Below, piece by piece: positions 10,138 through 18,175 of a stretch of 64,000 bases of DNA; the first letter of the stretch is position 1, and each line of letters starts with the position of its first letter. Position numbers and translations under genes: made by a program. The notes under the pieces are model-generated. The model saw nothing but the letters and a program-made list of their open reading frames with translations, made no database searches and was not told the origin of the DNA. The DNA is taken from the NCBI GenBank assembly GCA_963729715.1, contig CAVSPA010000003.1:224001-288000 (forward strand). The letters run 5' to 3'. The DNA is from an uncultured delta proteobacterium (GTDB lineage Bacteria; Desulfobacterota; Syntrophia; Syntrophales; UBA2185).

Positions 10138-11256
10138 TCATAACATATCGACGAATGTCTCAAACCGCGTGCGCAACTGGCCCTCCGAAGGGAGCTGATC
10201 CTCCACTTCGAACATCATACTCGGCATGCCTTCCCTGTCGAGAATCTCCTTCATGTAGGGATAGTCAAAGGCATGGGGGTCGCAGAACTTGAGGAAAAAG
10301 AAGACGACACCGCGGGCGTCTTTCTCTTTTACGATCTTAAGAAGATTTTCACCCCGTGTAAATATCCCGGCATGCTTTGCCGGGCATACGGGCCTCTCAA
10401 TATAACGTCCGGCAATTGCGGCGATGGGGTCTGCGTTAACTTTTGCCGATTCCTCAAAATATCTTGAGCCGGTGCAGAAATCATCCCAGACGACGACCCC
10501 GCCGGCTTCTTCTATGATACGGTAGATATCCGGGTGGTTGCAAACGCCTCCGGCCAGGACTATACGCTTGCCCGCAGATAGATTTGCATTTCCCTTCTTC
10601 TTTTCGAGTCCCTCGATAACTGCAGGAAGAACCTCGGCAAGATGGTCACGGTCCATCATCATGGAAGCCTTGACAATCGCATAGAGATCACTGCCGCTGA
10701 TAATTCCGGGATCTTCGGCTTTCAGTTCGTATAGCCTCTTGAGAGAACCCCTGATGATGTTGAAGGTCTTAATGGCGTTCTTCAACTTGTCGTCGGTGAT
10801 CTGCACGCGCAGGTGCGAGGCAAGGTCATCCCTGAATTTTCTCAGGACATCGATCATGTATGCCCTGGCGCTTTCTGCATTTAGCTTCACGGGCAGCACT
10901 ATGTCTGCGTGAAAAGGCCCTTTCACATTCATACGCCAGATATCGGAGAGCCGCTGGATAGAATCGCAGGTGTGCGGAAAAATGGCCCCGTCGAGGAAAT
11001 CAAGATTGCCTGCCAGGGCCCCTTCGAGGGCTCCCCGCACCAGAGAGCAGCAGTAGGATTGGAAATGGGCGTCAGCAAAGTGAATGCTCTCACCTTGCGC
11101 GAAAATCCTGAAAGGATGCACCCCCGCGGCGTAGATGATTTCTTCCGGTGTATAGGAACAGAAGAATCCTACGATCTTCCGGCCTTGCGCCTTCATCTTT
11201 CTGCCGTATGATACTGGGTCTTTCAATATCGCGTAGAATTCATCCAGCTCTTTCAT
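10138..11256 (-). CDS. 2-hydroxyacyl-CoA dehydratase / benzoyl-CoA reductase family subunit (HgdB/BcrC-like)
   Basis: CSYTPEE, HTCDS, DDFCTGSR and KFCDP motifs. Confidence 0.88.
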   Translation of the reverse strand: MKELDEFYAILKDPVSYGRKMKAQGRKIVGFFCSYTPEEIIYAAGVHPFRIFAQGESIHFADAHFQSYCCSLVRGALEGALAGNLDFLDGAIFPHTCDSIQRLSDIWRMNVKGPFHADIVLPVKLNAESARAYMIDVLRKFRDDLASHLRVQITDDKLKNAIKTFNIIRGSLKRLYELKAEDPGIISGSDLYAIVKASMMMDRDHLAEVLPAVIEGLEKKKGNANLSAGKRIVLAGGVCNHPDIYRIIEEAGGVVVWDDFCTGSRYFEESAKVNADPIAAIAGRYIERPVCPAKHAGIFTRGENLLKIVKEKDARGVVFFFLKFCDPHAFDYPYMKEILDREGMPSMMFEVEDQLPSEGQLRTRFETFVDML

Positions 11257-11273
11257 TTATGAAGCTCCTCGTT

Positions 11274-12992
11274 TCACTCTCCCGCATATTTCCCTGTATT
11301 CTTTAAATATGCGATCTCTTCCTCTTCCAGAACCTTATAGGCGATTTTGCCGACAATGGTCTTGGGCAGGGTCTTGCGGAATTCAATTTCACGCGGGCAG
11401 CTCCACTTGATAAGATGCTCGCGGCAGTGATCGATGAGCGCGTCCTCCATCTGCGGGCCTGCCTTTCCCGGGTCCTTCAGGACCACGAAGCCCTTTACGC
11501 GCTGCACCTGAGCTTCGTCCGGAACACCGATGATGCACGCCCCGTCTACCTCGGGATGCAGGCACAGGACGTCTTCCACCTGGGCGGGATAGACGTTCAT
11601 GCCCGAAGATTTGATCATCCGTTTCTGTCTGACCTTGAAATAAAAAAATCCGTCCTCGTCCATGGTGCCTATATCGCCGGTGTGCAGCCATATCTTTCCA
11701 TCGGGATGCGTCTTCAGTGTCTCGGCCGTTTCTTCCGGGTTATCGAGATAGCCGAGCATTACCGCCGGGCCGTGGATACATATCTCGCCTTCTTCCCCTG
11801 CAGCGGCTTCCTCCAGTGTTCCGGCTCGCACAATCTTGGCTAACATATCCGGGAAAGGCACGCCGATACTTCCTTCCCGGTAGTGGTCAAACGGAGTAAC
11901 CATGATGGCCGTCACCGCTTCCGTGAGGCCGTATCCTTCGAGGAGCTGGCATGTCCCGCCCCGTTCTTTAACGATCTTTTCGAAGCGCTCCTTGACAGCC
12001 CGCGGCAGGGTATCGGCGCCGCTGAAGGTGGCCCTGAGACAACTCAGATCAGCCTTCTGGAAACCGGGATTCCTGCCCAGGGCGTCAAAAAGGGTGGGCA
12101 CTCCGATCACGAAAGTGGGACGCCTCTTCTTGATCAGTTTGGCCACATCATCCGGCGTGAACTGAGGAACGAGGAGGCTTCTGGCGCCGCCCATGAAGCA
12201 GGCGTTTATGCAAACGCCGAGGCCGAAGCCGTGAAAGATAGGGAGGATGGCGAGAATGGTATCCTTTTCCGAGAGGCCGCCGATAACAGAGACCTGCATG
12301 CCCTCGCTGATGAAATTCATATTGGAAAGCATAATTCCCTTGGGGATGCCCGTCGTTCCTCCGCTGTAGAGGATTACCGCCACCTCATCCGTGCCCATGT
12401 CTGCTTTGGGGGCCTTCGGGTAATGGCCTTTCATAAGTTCTCCCCACCACTTCACCATGGGGTCTTTGGGAACCTTCGGGATCTTACGTCCCTTCGTAAG
12501 ATTAAAGCCGATTTTTTTTATTCCCTTGAGATAATCGGGTATGCGGGTCAAAATCAAAATTTCAAGTGGTGTCCTGTCTTTGACCTCCCTGAATTTACCG
12601 TAGAATGCGTCGAGGGTCATGGCAAAGCGACTATTGCTTGAATTCAGGTAGAACTCGATCTCCTTTGCCGTGGAGAGAGGATGAATCATGGCCGCTACGG
12701 CTCCGAGCTTGTTTGCCGCGTAAAAGCAGATGATCCCCTGAGGCGTGGTAGGCATGGAGATGGTAATCCTGTCCCCCTTCTTCATGCCGAGTGCGGCTAG
12801 CGCATCGGCGCACCGGTCGATATCGTGGCTGAACTGCCTGTAAGTTGAGGAGTACCCGGAAAAATCGTAGGCGGTGGCATCCGGGCACCGTTCCACGGTC
12901 TTCATGACCGCTTCATACATGGTCACTCGCGGATAATTGATGGATTCTGGGATGTCACCGTAAAATTTCAGCCAGGGTTTCTCTTCGTACAT
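11274..12992 (-). CDS. AMP-dependent acyl-CoA ligase (long-chain fatty acid-CoA ligase family)
   Basis: YSGGTTGIPKG, EGYGLTE, WLHTGDIG and PKTIVGK motifs. The start is placed at MYEEKPWL. Confidence 0.92.
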   Translation of the reverse strand: MYEEKPWLKFYGDIPESINYPRVTMYEAVMKTVERCPDATAYDFSGYSSTYRQFSHDIDRCADALAALGMKKGDRITISMPTTPQGIICFYAANKLGAVAAMIHPLSTAKEIEFYLNSSNSRFAMTLDAFYGKFREVKDRTPLEILILTRIPDYLKGIKKIGFNLTKGRKIPKVPKDPMVKWWGELMKGHYPKAPKADMGTDEVAVILYSGGTTGIPKGIMLSNMNFISEGMQVSVIGGLSEKDTILAILPIFHGFGLGVCINACFMGGARSLLVPQFTPDDVAKLIKKRRPTFVIGVPTLFDALGRNPGFQKADLSCLRATFSGADTLPRAVKERFEKIVKERGGTCQLLEGYGLTEAVTAIMVTPFDHYREGSIGVPFPDMLAKIVRAGTLEEAAAGEEGEICIHGPAVMLGYLDNPEETAETLKTHPDGKIWLHTGDIGTMDEDGFFYFKVRQKRMIKSSGMNVYPAQVEDVLCLHPEVDGACIIGVPDEAQVQRVKGFVVLKDPGKAGPQMEDALIDHCREHLIKWSCPREIEFRKTLPKTIVGKIAYKVLEEEEIAYLKNTGKYAGE

Positions 12993-13236
12993 GCCGCGAT
13001 ATCTTCCTTTCGAATGGATGTGTGCTGTCGCCGTGGGAGACAATAATGCAGAAGATAAAAAAATGTCAATGAAAAAGGCTCCATAAAATTCTGGCGAACC
13101 AATATTTATTTAGGCCTTTACGCGAGTTGGATATGTGAATGTAACTGAACCTGAAATCAATACAAAAGCGCCGGGAACGAAGAAATGCGCGAACATAAGA
13201 GGGAAGTTACGATGGTGTGTCAACAGCAAAATGGGG

Positions 13237-13295
13237 AAACCCGGGGATGTAGTACCAGTGCTGGGAAATTGGTATTATGCCCCCGGGGGTTTTTT
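13237..13295 (+). terminator. Long G-U-rich hairpin followed by a T-run
   Basis: CCCGGGG-A-TGTAGTACCAG pairs with TTGGTATTATG-CCCCCGGG, followed by TTTTTT. Confidence 0.45.
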
Positions 13296-13368
13296 GCGCC
13301 ATTAGCTTTCGATCAGAGGAGAACAACGGCTGCTGACCGGAGTCGGCACTGATCTCAGCTCGGAGGTC

Positions 13369-13791
13369 TTACTTAGTGCAGGGGCCTATGTACTTGCCGC
13401 TCATCGTGTTCTTCACTGTCATCGGCTTGCCGCCCTGACTCGTTATCGTAGTCTGGGTTCCGCTGAACGAGGTCTTGCTGTAGGTTATGTCACCCTTGCT
13501 GACCATGCCATTCTTGCAGGTCATGGTCCAGGAGACCTTGTTGCCGACCGTCTTCTGGTCTGTCATCTTACATTGCTGCTCACTCTTTTGCTGCGGCTGC
13601 TGCGGTACAGCATTCTCCTTGGTCATGCAGATCGTATTCGTGATGGGGCGCAGCATCTCCTTCGGCAGACCGGGCATATTCATCGTGGTTGTCATCTCCC
13701 AGAGCCCCTCCTGATAATTCGGCGCCGCAAATGCCGACACAGCAAAAATAAGGCTCACAGCAGTTGCAAGAACCAAACTTCTCTTCATCAT
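13369..13791 (-). CDS. Secreted DUF3617-like protein
   Basis: Signal peptide, GLWEMTTTM, four Cys and a C-terminal GKYIGPC. Confidence 0.8.
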   Translation of the reverse strand: MMKRSLVLATAVSLIFAVSAFAAPNYQEGLWEMTTTMNMPGLPKEMLRPITNTICMTKENAVPQQPQQKSEQQCKMTDQKTVGNKVSWTMTCKNGMVSKGDITYSKTSFSGTQTTITSQGGKPMTVKNTMSGKYIGPCTK

Positions 13792-13854
13792 AATAAAACC
13801 TCCTTTTCTATTGCACGTTCATCGTGATGTTCGGCGCAGTTTCATCCATTAAAC

Positions 13855-16080
13855 TCACTTGCAGGGCGGGAGCCCTCCGGAATTCGAGCATGTCGGATCC
13901 ATCTTAGGGTCGCACTTGTAGCACGCCGTCATGCCCGGCGGGTTGAACGAGGCCAGATACCCATTATCATCAAACGTGACGTACGACAGCGCAGGCACTG
14001 CTTGCGTTCCCTTGGTGGTAGCAAAAGTCGCGGCTGTGCCCACAAAGGCGGACTTGACATAGCCCCCGGAACGGAACGCGACGAATGAACCTGCCATGAA
14101 TGGGGCAGACTTGCCGGAGCTGTAGTCGAGAGATTGGTTACCTGCTAAGGATAAATAACCGGAGCTAACGTAGCCATTGCTGACGTTGACAAATGAACCG
14201 GCGTAGAACCGAGCAGATTTGCCAGACGCGTAATCGAGAAATTGATCAGTTCCCAATGCCAAATAACCGGAGACAACATAGCCGTTGCTCAAGGTAATCT
14301 TTCCGCCGGGCAGGAAGGAAACAGCCTTGCCGGACTTGTATTCCAGAGACTGATTACCTGTCAAGGATAACAACCCGGAAGTGACATAGCCGCCGCCGAA
14401 CGTGACATATGAACCGGCATAGAATCGGGCAGACTTGCCGGAACTGTAGTAGAGGGATTGATCCGACTGGGACAGGTAGCCGTTCACGGCATAGCCGTTT
14501 CCGTCCAGTGTGACCGTAGTTCCTGCAAAAAACGTCGCTGAATTGTTGGAATTATATTTGATGGTTGTATTCTGTTTTAACTGTTTGGTGGTTGTGCTAC
14601 CGCCAGTAGCCGTACCGGTAGTACCTGTGCCGGTAGTAACTGTACCTGTAGTGCCCGTACCGCTGCCTGTGGAGCTGTGGTCTGCAATCTGGTATTGGCG
14701 ACGGTCCCATACACTGGAGTTTTCAACCCCTGTGATCATGATATAGAATTGCTTGCCGAATGGTCTGTCGGTGGGGGTCCAGGAAAACTGGCCCTGTCCC
14801 CACTTGCCACTGGAACCTTGTACTGCCGTGCTTTGAGCCGGCGTGTTATAAACCTTCATGTTGTAGCCACCGGCATCGGATTGAAGAGTGTCTATGCGGA
14901 CATGAGGACCGGGATCACCCTGATACTGCCAGCCAATTTGATAAGTCTGGTTTAGCACCAATATCTGCTGCGGGTCAGGGGATGTAAGTTTTATTCCGGG
15001 CGCTTCGCAGGTAAAAGCGGGACTCGTGCCCTGAACGGTAGGGAAATCCAAGCTGGTAACGCGTATAGCCAGTGTATTAGTCCGGTCAAGAGTAGCGTTC
15101 ATGCTTGGCACAGTCCAGGATATGGAGTTGCTGGCCTGGGAGGGAATGCTTGACTGGATAGTTTGAACCACTGGCCCGCCGTATGCCGGAACTAGTTCAA
15201 CCTTAACCGGCCTCCCATTGAGTTGGCTGTCCCAGGTTATTGGGTACGTTCTGCCTGGAGAACATTCCGCGACATTCTGACTTAAAATGAAGGACCCTAC
15301 CTTTATTTGAGGAAGGTTAATGGTGACTAAGAAAGTGGAGTCGAAAACAGTATCGGCTTTGGCGTCGCTGGTGACGCTGGTTGGCAACATGGCGCTGATC
15401 TGGAAACGGCACTGGTTGTAAACTCCGGGAGCAGGCACAGACCATGACCAACTCCCTTTCCCGCTGCTCCCGATCGGGATGTTGCGTGCTGACTGCACGA
15501 CTGCGCCGGAAGGGTCGAGTATAGTCAGGTTCACGGACGACAGATTTCCGGTATAGGACCAGGTGATCGCGTAAGATGAGCCAGTCATTAGCCATGACGG
15601 GGGACTGTCCAGTTTGATAGAGGTTTGCACGATACTAACCGGCAATCGGGCTTCAACCCGCGTATCGCCCTCATTGGTTACACGCACCTCATAATTGGTT
15701 GCAAAAGCATTCAGGGGAACGATATAGGCGTAGTTCCCTGTTGTCTGTCCAGTGGCTATCAACGCTGTCTGAGCCTTACCGTTCTCCCACAGGGATATGG
15801 TGACCGAGTTGGAGCGAGTGCCGTTGCAGGTCCATCGTATGGGATAATACATTCCCGTATACCACGTCGCCCCGCTTTGCGGAGTGGTTATCGTGATAGT
15901 GCCCTGCGGTGGAGCGTTGGGATTCAAGATATTAGATGCCGCGCCTCCCGCAGGTTGGAACTGCTGTGTACTCTTCTGGGTAGCAGCCGGCGCTGCGTAT
16001 GCCATGCATGTCAGCATAAGCAGGCAAACCAGCAATACCGGCGTCAGCACCTGAACTAAGTATTTTCCTCTTGCTCTCAT
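13855..16080 (-). CDS. Large secreted surface protein with four Ig-like domains, a Thr/Gly linker, 36-aa repeats and a Cys-rich tail
   Basis: Signal peptide with GGAGG RBS before ATG 16080. Repeated 'I(T/K)..P...G..Y.I.W' domain starts. Confidence 0.8.
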   Translation of the reverse strand: MRARGKYLVQVLTPVLLVCLLMLTCMAYAAPAATQKSTQQFQPAGGAASNILNPNAPPQGTITITTPQSGATWYTGMYYPIRWTCNGTRSNSVTISLWENGKAQTALIATGQTTGNYAYIVPLNAFATNYEVRVTNEGDTRVEARLPVSIVQTSIKLDSPPSWLMTGSSYAITWSYTGNLSSVNLTILDPSGAVVQSARNIPIGSSGKGSWSWSVPAPGVYNQCRFQISAMLPTSVTSDAKADTVFDSTFLVTINLPQIKVGSFILSQNVAECSPGRTYPITWDSQLNGRPVKVELVPAYGGPVVQTIQSSIPSQASNSISWTVPSMNATLDRTNTLAIRVTSLDFPTVQGTSPAFTCEAPGIKLTSPDPQQILVLNQTYQIGWQYQGDPGPHVRIDTLQSDAGGYNMKVYNTPAQSTAVQGSSGKWGQGQFSWTPTDRPFGKQFYIMITGVENSSVWDRRQYQIADHSSTGSGTGTTGTVTTGTGTTGTATGGSTTTKQLKQNTTIKYNSNNSATFFAGTTVTLDGNGYAVNGYLSQSDQSLYYSSGKSARFYAGSYVTFGGGYVTSGLLSLTGNQSLEYKSGKAVSFLPGGKITLSNGYVVSGYLALGTDQFLDYASGKSARFYAGSFVNVSNGYVSSGYLSLAGNQSLDYSSGKSAPFMAGSFVAFRSGGYVKSAFVGTAATFATTKGTQAVPALSYVTFDDNGYLASFNPPGMTACYKCDPKMDPTCSNSGGLPPCK
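14022..14565 (-). repeat. Five tandem ~36-aa (108 nt) coding repeats
   Basis: Examples: SLYYSSGKSARFYAGSYVTFGGGYVTSGLLSLTGNQ and FLDYASGKSARFYAGSFVNVSNGYVSSGYLSLAGNQ. Boundaries are approximate. Confidence 0.85.
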
Positions 16081-16340
16081 CTTATACCTCCCGGTCAATT
16101 TATATCGTCAATGATTGCGCAGCACTGTTTTGCTCGGAGCTGCGGCAGTAATGGTTTATGACCCGCGTGGCATCGTCAGGCGTGGCAGAGCCTTCAAGGC
16201 GCACTACTGACGGAGATGAACATAATTTTTCTTGAGTACAATGGAAGTTCTATTCTTCAGCAGAGCTCTTGGCGTCGCCGACGGCCCTTTCAGATTTTCA
16301 GGAGACACGCGCCTCGATGAAAATCATGCGATCGTACAAA

Positions 16341-17744
16341 TTACTCACGTATGCTGAATGTGAAGAGGGGACTTTCGGCTAAAGCAGTATTCGAACTGTC
16401 GAACCCTTTCACTTTCCATGAATACGTCTTGCCCCGCGAGAAGAATGCCTTCATTACAGAATCGGGGAGCCTGTATGCCGAATTCTTTGCATAAGCGGAA
16501 AATATAGGTTTCTCTTCGCCTTTAAGAAAAAATTCGAGGAAATAAACCGATATACCTTCCGATGCATTCCACGCGAAGGTTGTCGGTTCATAGCCTATGA
16601 CACCCTGATCATTGGGGGAGAGGATGTTTAAGGACGCGAGTATTCTCGCTGCCGTCTCTTCGGGGGTGACATAGTAACTTATGAGGGGAAAGGAGATACT
16701 CTGAAAGGGAGCCGTAACGACAAAGCGTATCTGATGATCACCCGGAATAAAAGTGGAAAGAAGGGGCGGAGACGGCGACTCAATGGTGACGGTCGTCCCG
16801 GTTGTAATCATTTGCTTCACATTGGCAAGGAGGCCGCCGTCCACTTCCCAATAGCCCTGGAGCAGTCCTGATCCTACATAATTGATGTCTACGTATGCCC
16901 TCAGCTTGGGGTCATCCCGCTTGACAGTTATAACAGGCATGCGATTCTGGAAGTAAATCTGCATTCTCGTAATGAGAAGGCTCGCCCCTGCCGTGGAAGT
17001 TATGCTGATCGTTACCTGTGTATTGACAGTATTGGTTCCATTGGTAAACGTTCGGTTGTAAGTCATTCTTGAGCTTCCCATGGACAGGGCTTGCTGTATG
17101 ACTGACGGAAGGACGGTGATTGCCTCTGATATGGAGCCTCTCCCGTTAATTAAACTGGCGCTGATCTGAGAAGGGTTCGTGCCTACCTGAGTGCCGCCGA
17201 CATTGAAGGTTCCCTGCGTGGAGGTCATCGTCGTGCTTAACGCTGACGTTGCCGTAAACGTATATGTGATTCCCTGGGTAGTGGTGATATTACTCGGTAC
17301 GCTGTAAGAACTAATCGAAGCGCTTCCCGTGATGCTTACAGCAGAAACAGTCATTGCATATAGGGTTGCAAAGTTCTGGCCGCCGGGAGGCGGCGAACAA
17401 TTCTCCGTCGCTCGGACTGTGATTGACGGGGCAGATCCTGCCGTTGTCGGTGTTCCTGTTATAAGGCCTCCCGCGCTCATGGTAAGCCCGGCAGGCAGGG
17501 GGGCGCCGACGATAGTATAGGCGCCAAACGTTGCGCAACCACCGACTATGCAAAAAACTGTAACCTGCTGGGAATATGGCACCCCCACGAAAGCCGTAGG
17601 CAGCGTGACTCCTCCGGGGTTCCACACTACCGGGTGGACAACACATGCTTGACCCATTACAGGGACGGCCGATGCCAGAAAGCAGGCCATCACCAAGAGC
17701 TGGATCCATATGAATCGATATTTCTTATGTGTCAGCATGTTCAT
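16341..17744 (-). CDS. Secreted protein with a putative He_PIG-like Ig domain and further beta-sandwich domains
   Basis: Signal peptide after MNMLTHKK, with an ATGA overlap with the upstream gene. Motif LPTAFVGVPYS...LPAGLTMSAGGLITGTPT. Confidence 0.8.
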   Translation of the reverse strand: MNMLTHKKYRFIWIQLLVMACFLASAVPVMGQACVVHPVVWNPGGVTLPTAFVGVPYSQQVTVFCIVGGCATFGAYTIVGAPLPAGLTMSAGGLITGTPTTAGSAPSITVRATENCSPPPGGQNFATLYAMTVSAVSITGSASISSYSVPSNITTTQGITYTFTATSALSTTMTSTQGTFNVGGTQVGTNPSQISASLINGRGSISEAITVLPSVIQQALSMGSSRMTYNRTFTNGTNTVNTQVTISITSTAGASLLITRMQIYFQNRMPVITVKRDDPKLRAYVDINYVGSGLLQGYWEVDGGLLANVKQMITTGTTVTIESPSPPLLSTFIPGDHQIRFVVTAPFQSISFPLISYYVTPEETAARILASLNILSPNDQGVIGYEPTTFAWNASEGISVYFLEFFLKGEEKPIFSAYAKNSAYRLPDSVMKAFFSRGKTYSWKVKGFDSSNTALAESPLFTFSIRE

Positions 17745-18160
17745 TCCCCGCTTTCTTTCCATGCATCGGTGGTGACGAAGTATATTGCAGTCGGAGATGA
17801 TGTACCCAGCGAGGGGTTCGTAATGACCAATCTTATTCTGTGGGTCCCTGAAACAAAGGTCGGTATTTGTGGAATATCCGGAGACTCTATAACCAGCCTG
17901 TTTCCGGAGGAGATTGTCATATTTACATTGGCGAGGAACTCTCCATCCACCTCCCACTGACCCACCAGCAGACCATCGTCGGTGTATTCTATTTCAGCAT
18001 ACACCTTAAGGGGGTAATTTCTCTTTACCGTTATTTCCGGCCTGTCATTGTCGAAGTAGATACTCATTCTTTCTATTTTCAAGCCCGCTCCCTCCACAGC
18101 AGAAGGGATCATTATGGCAGCGAGCAGAAGAAGCAAATAAATATTTTTAGACTTCGGCAT
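17741..18160 (-). CDS. Small secreted beta-sandwich protein, paralog of an internal domain of the downstream gene
   Basis: Signal peptide; visible alignment with the 16341-17744 product. Confidence 0.8.
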   Translation of the reverse strand: MPKSKNIYLLLLLAAIMIPSAVEGAGLKIERMSIYFDNDRPEITVKRNYPLKVYAEIEYTDDGLLVGQWEVDGEFLANVNMTISSGNRLVIESPDIPQIPTFVSGTHRIRLVITNPSLGTSSPTAIYFVTTDAWKESGE

Positions 18161-18175
18161 TTTTAAGTATCCCCT

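Noticed and set aside
13243..13283. GGGGATGTAG start resembling a tRNA
   Set aside because: There is no cloverleaf, T-loop or CCA; it forms a simple hairpin.
14022..14670. Periodic DNA repeats as a possible CRISPR array or DGR template
   Set aside because: They are degenerate in-frame coding repeats with no spacers and no adenine-specific pattern, and no cas or intact RT gene is in the window.
17745..17957. N-terminal extension of the 538-aa ORF
   Set aside because: It overlaps the upstream gene, and the signal peptide begins at ATG 17744.
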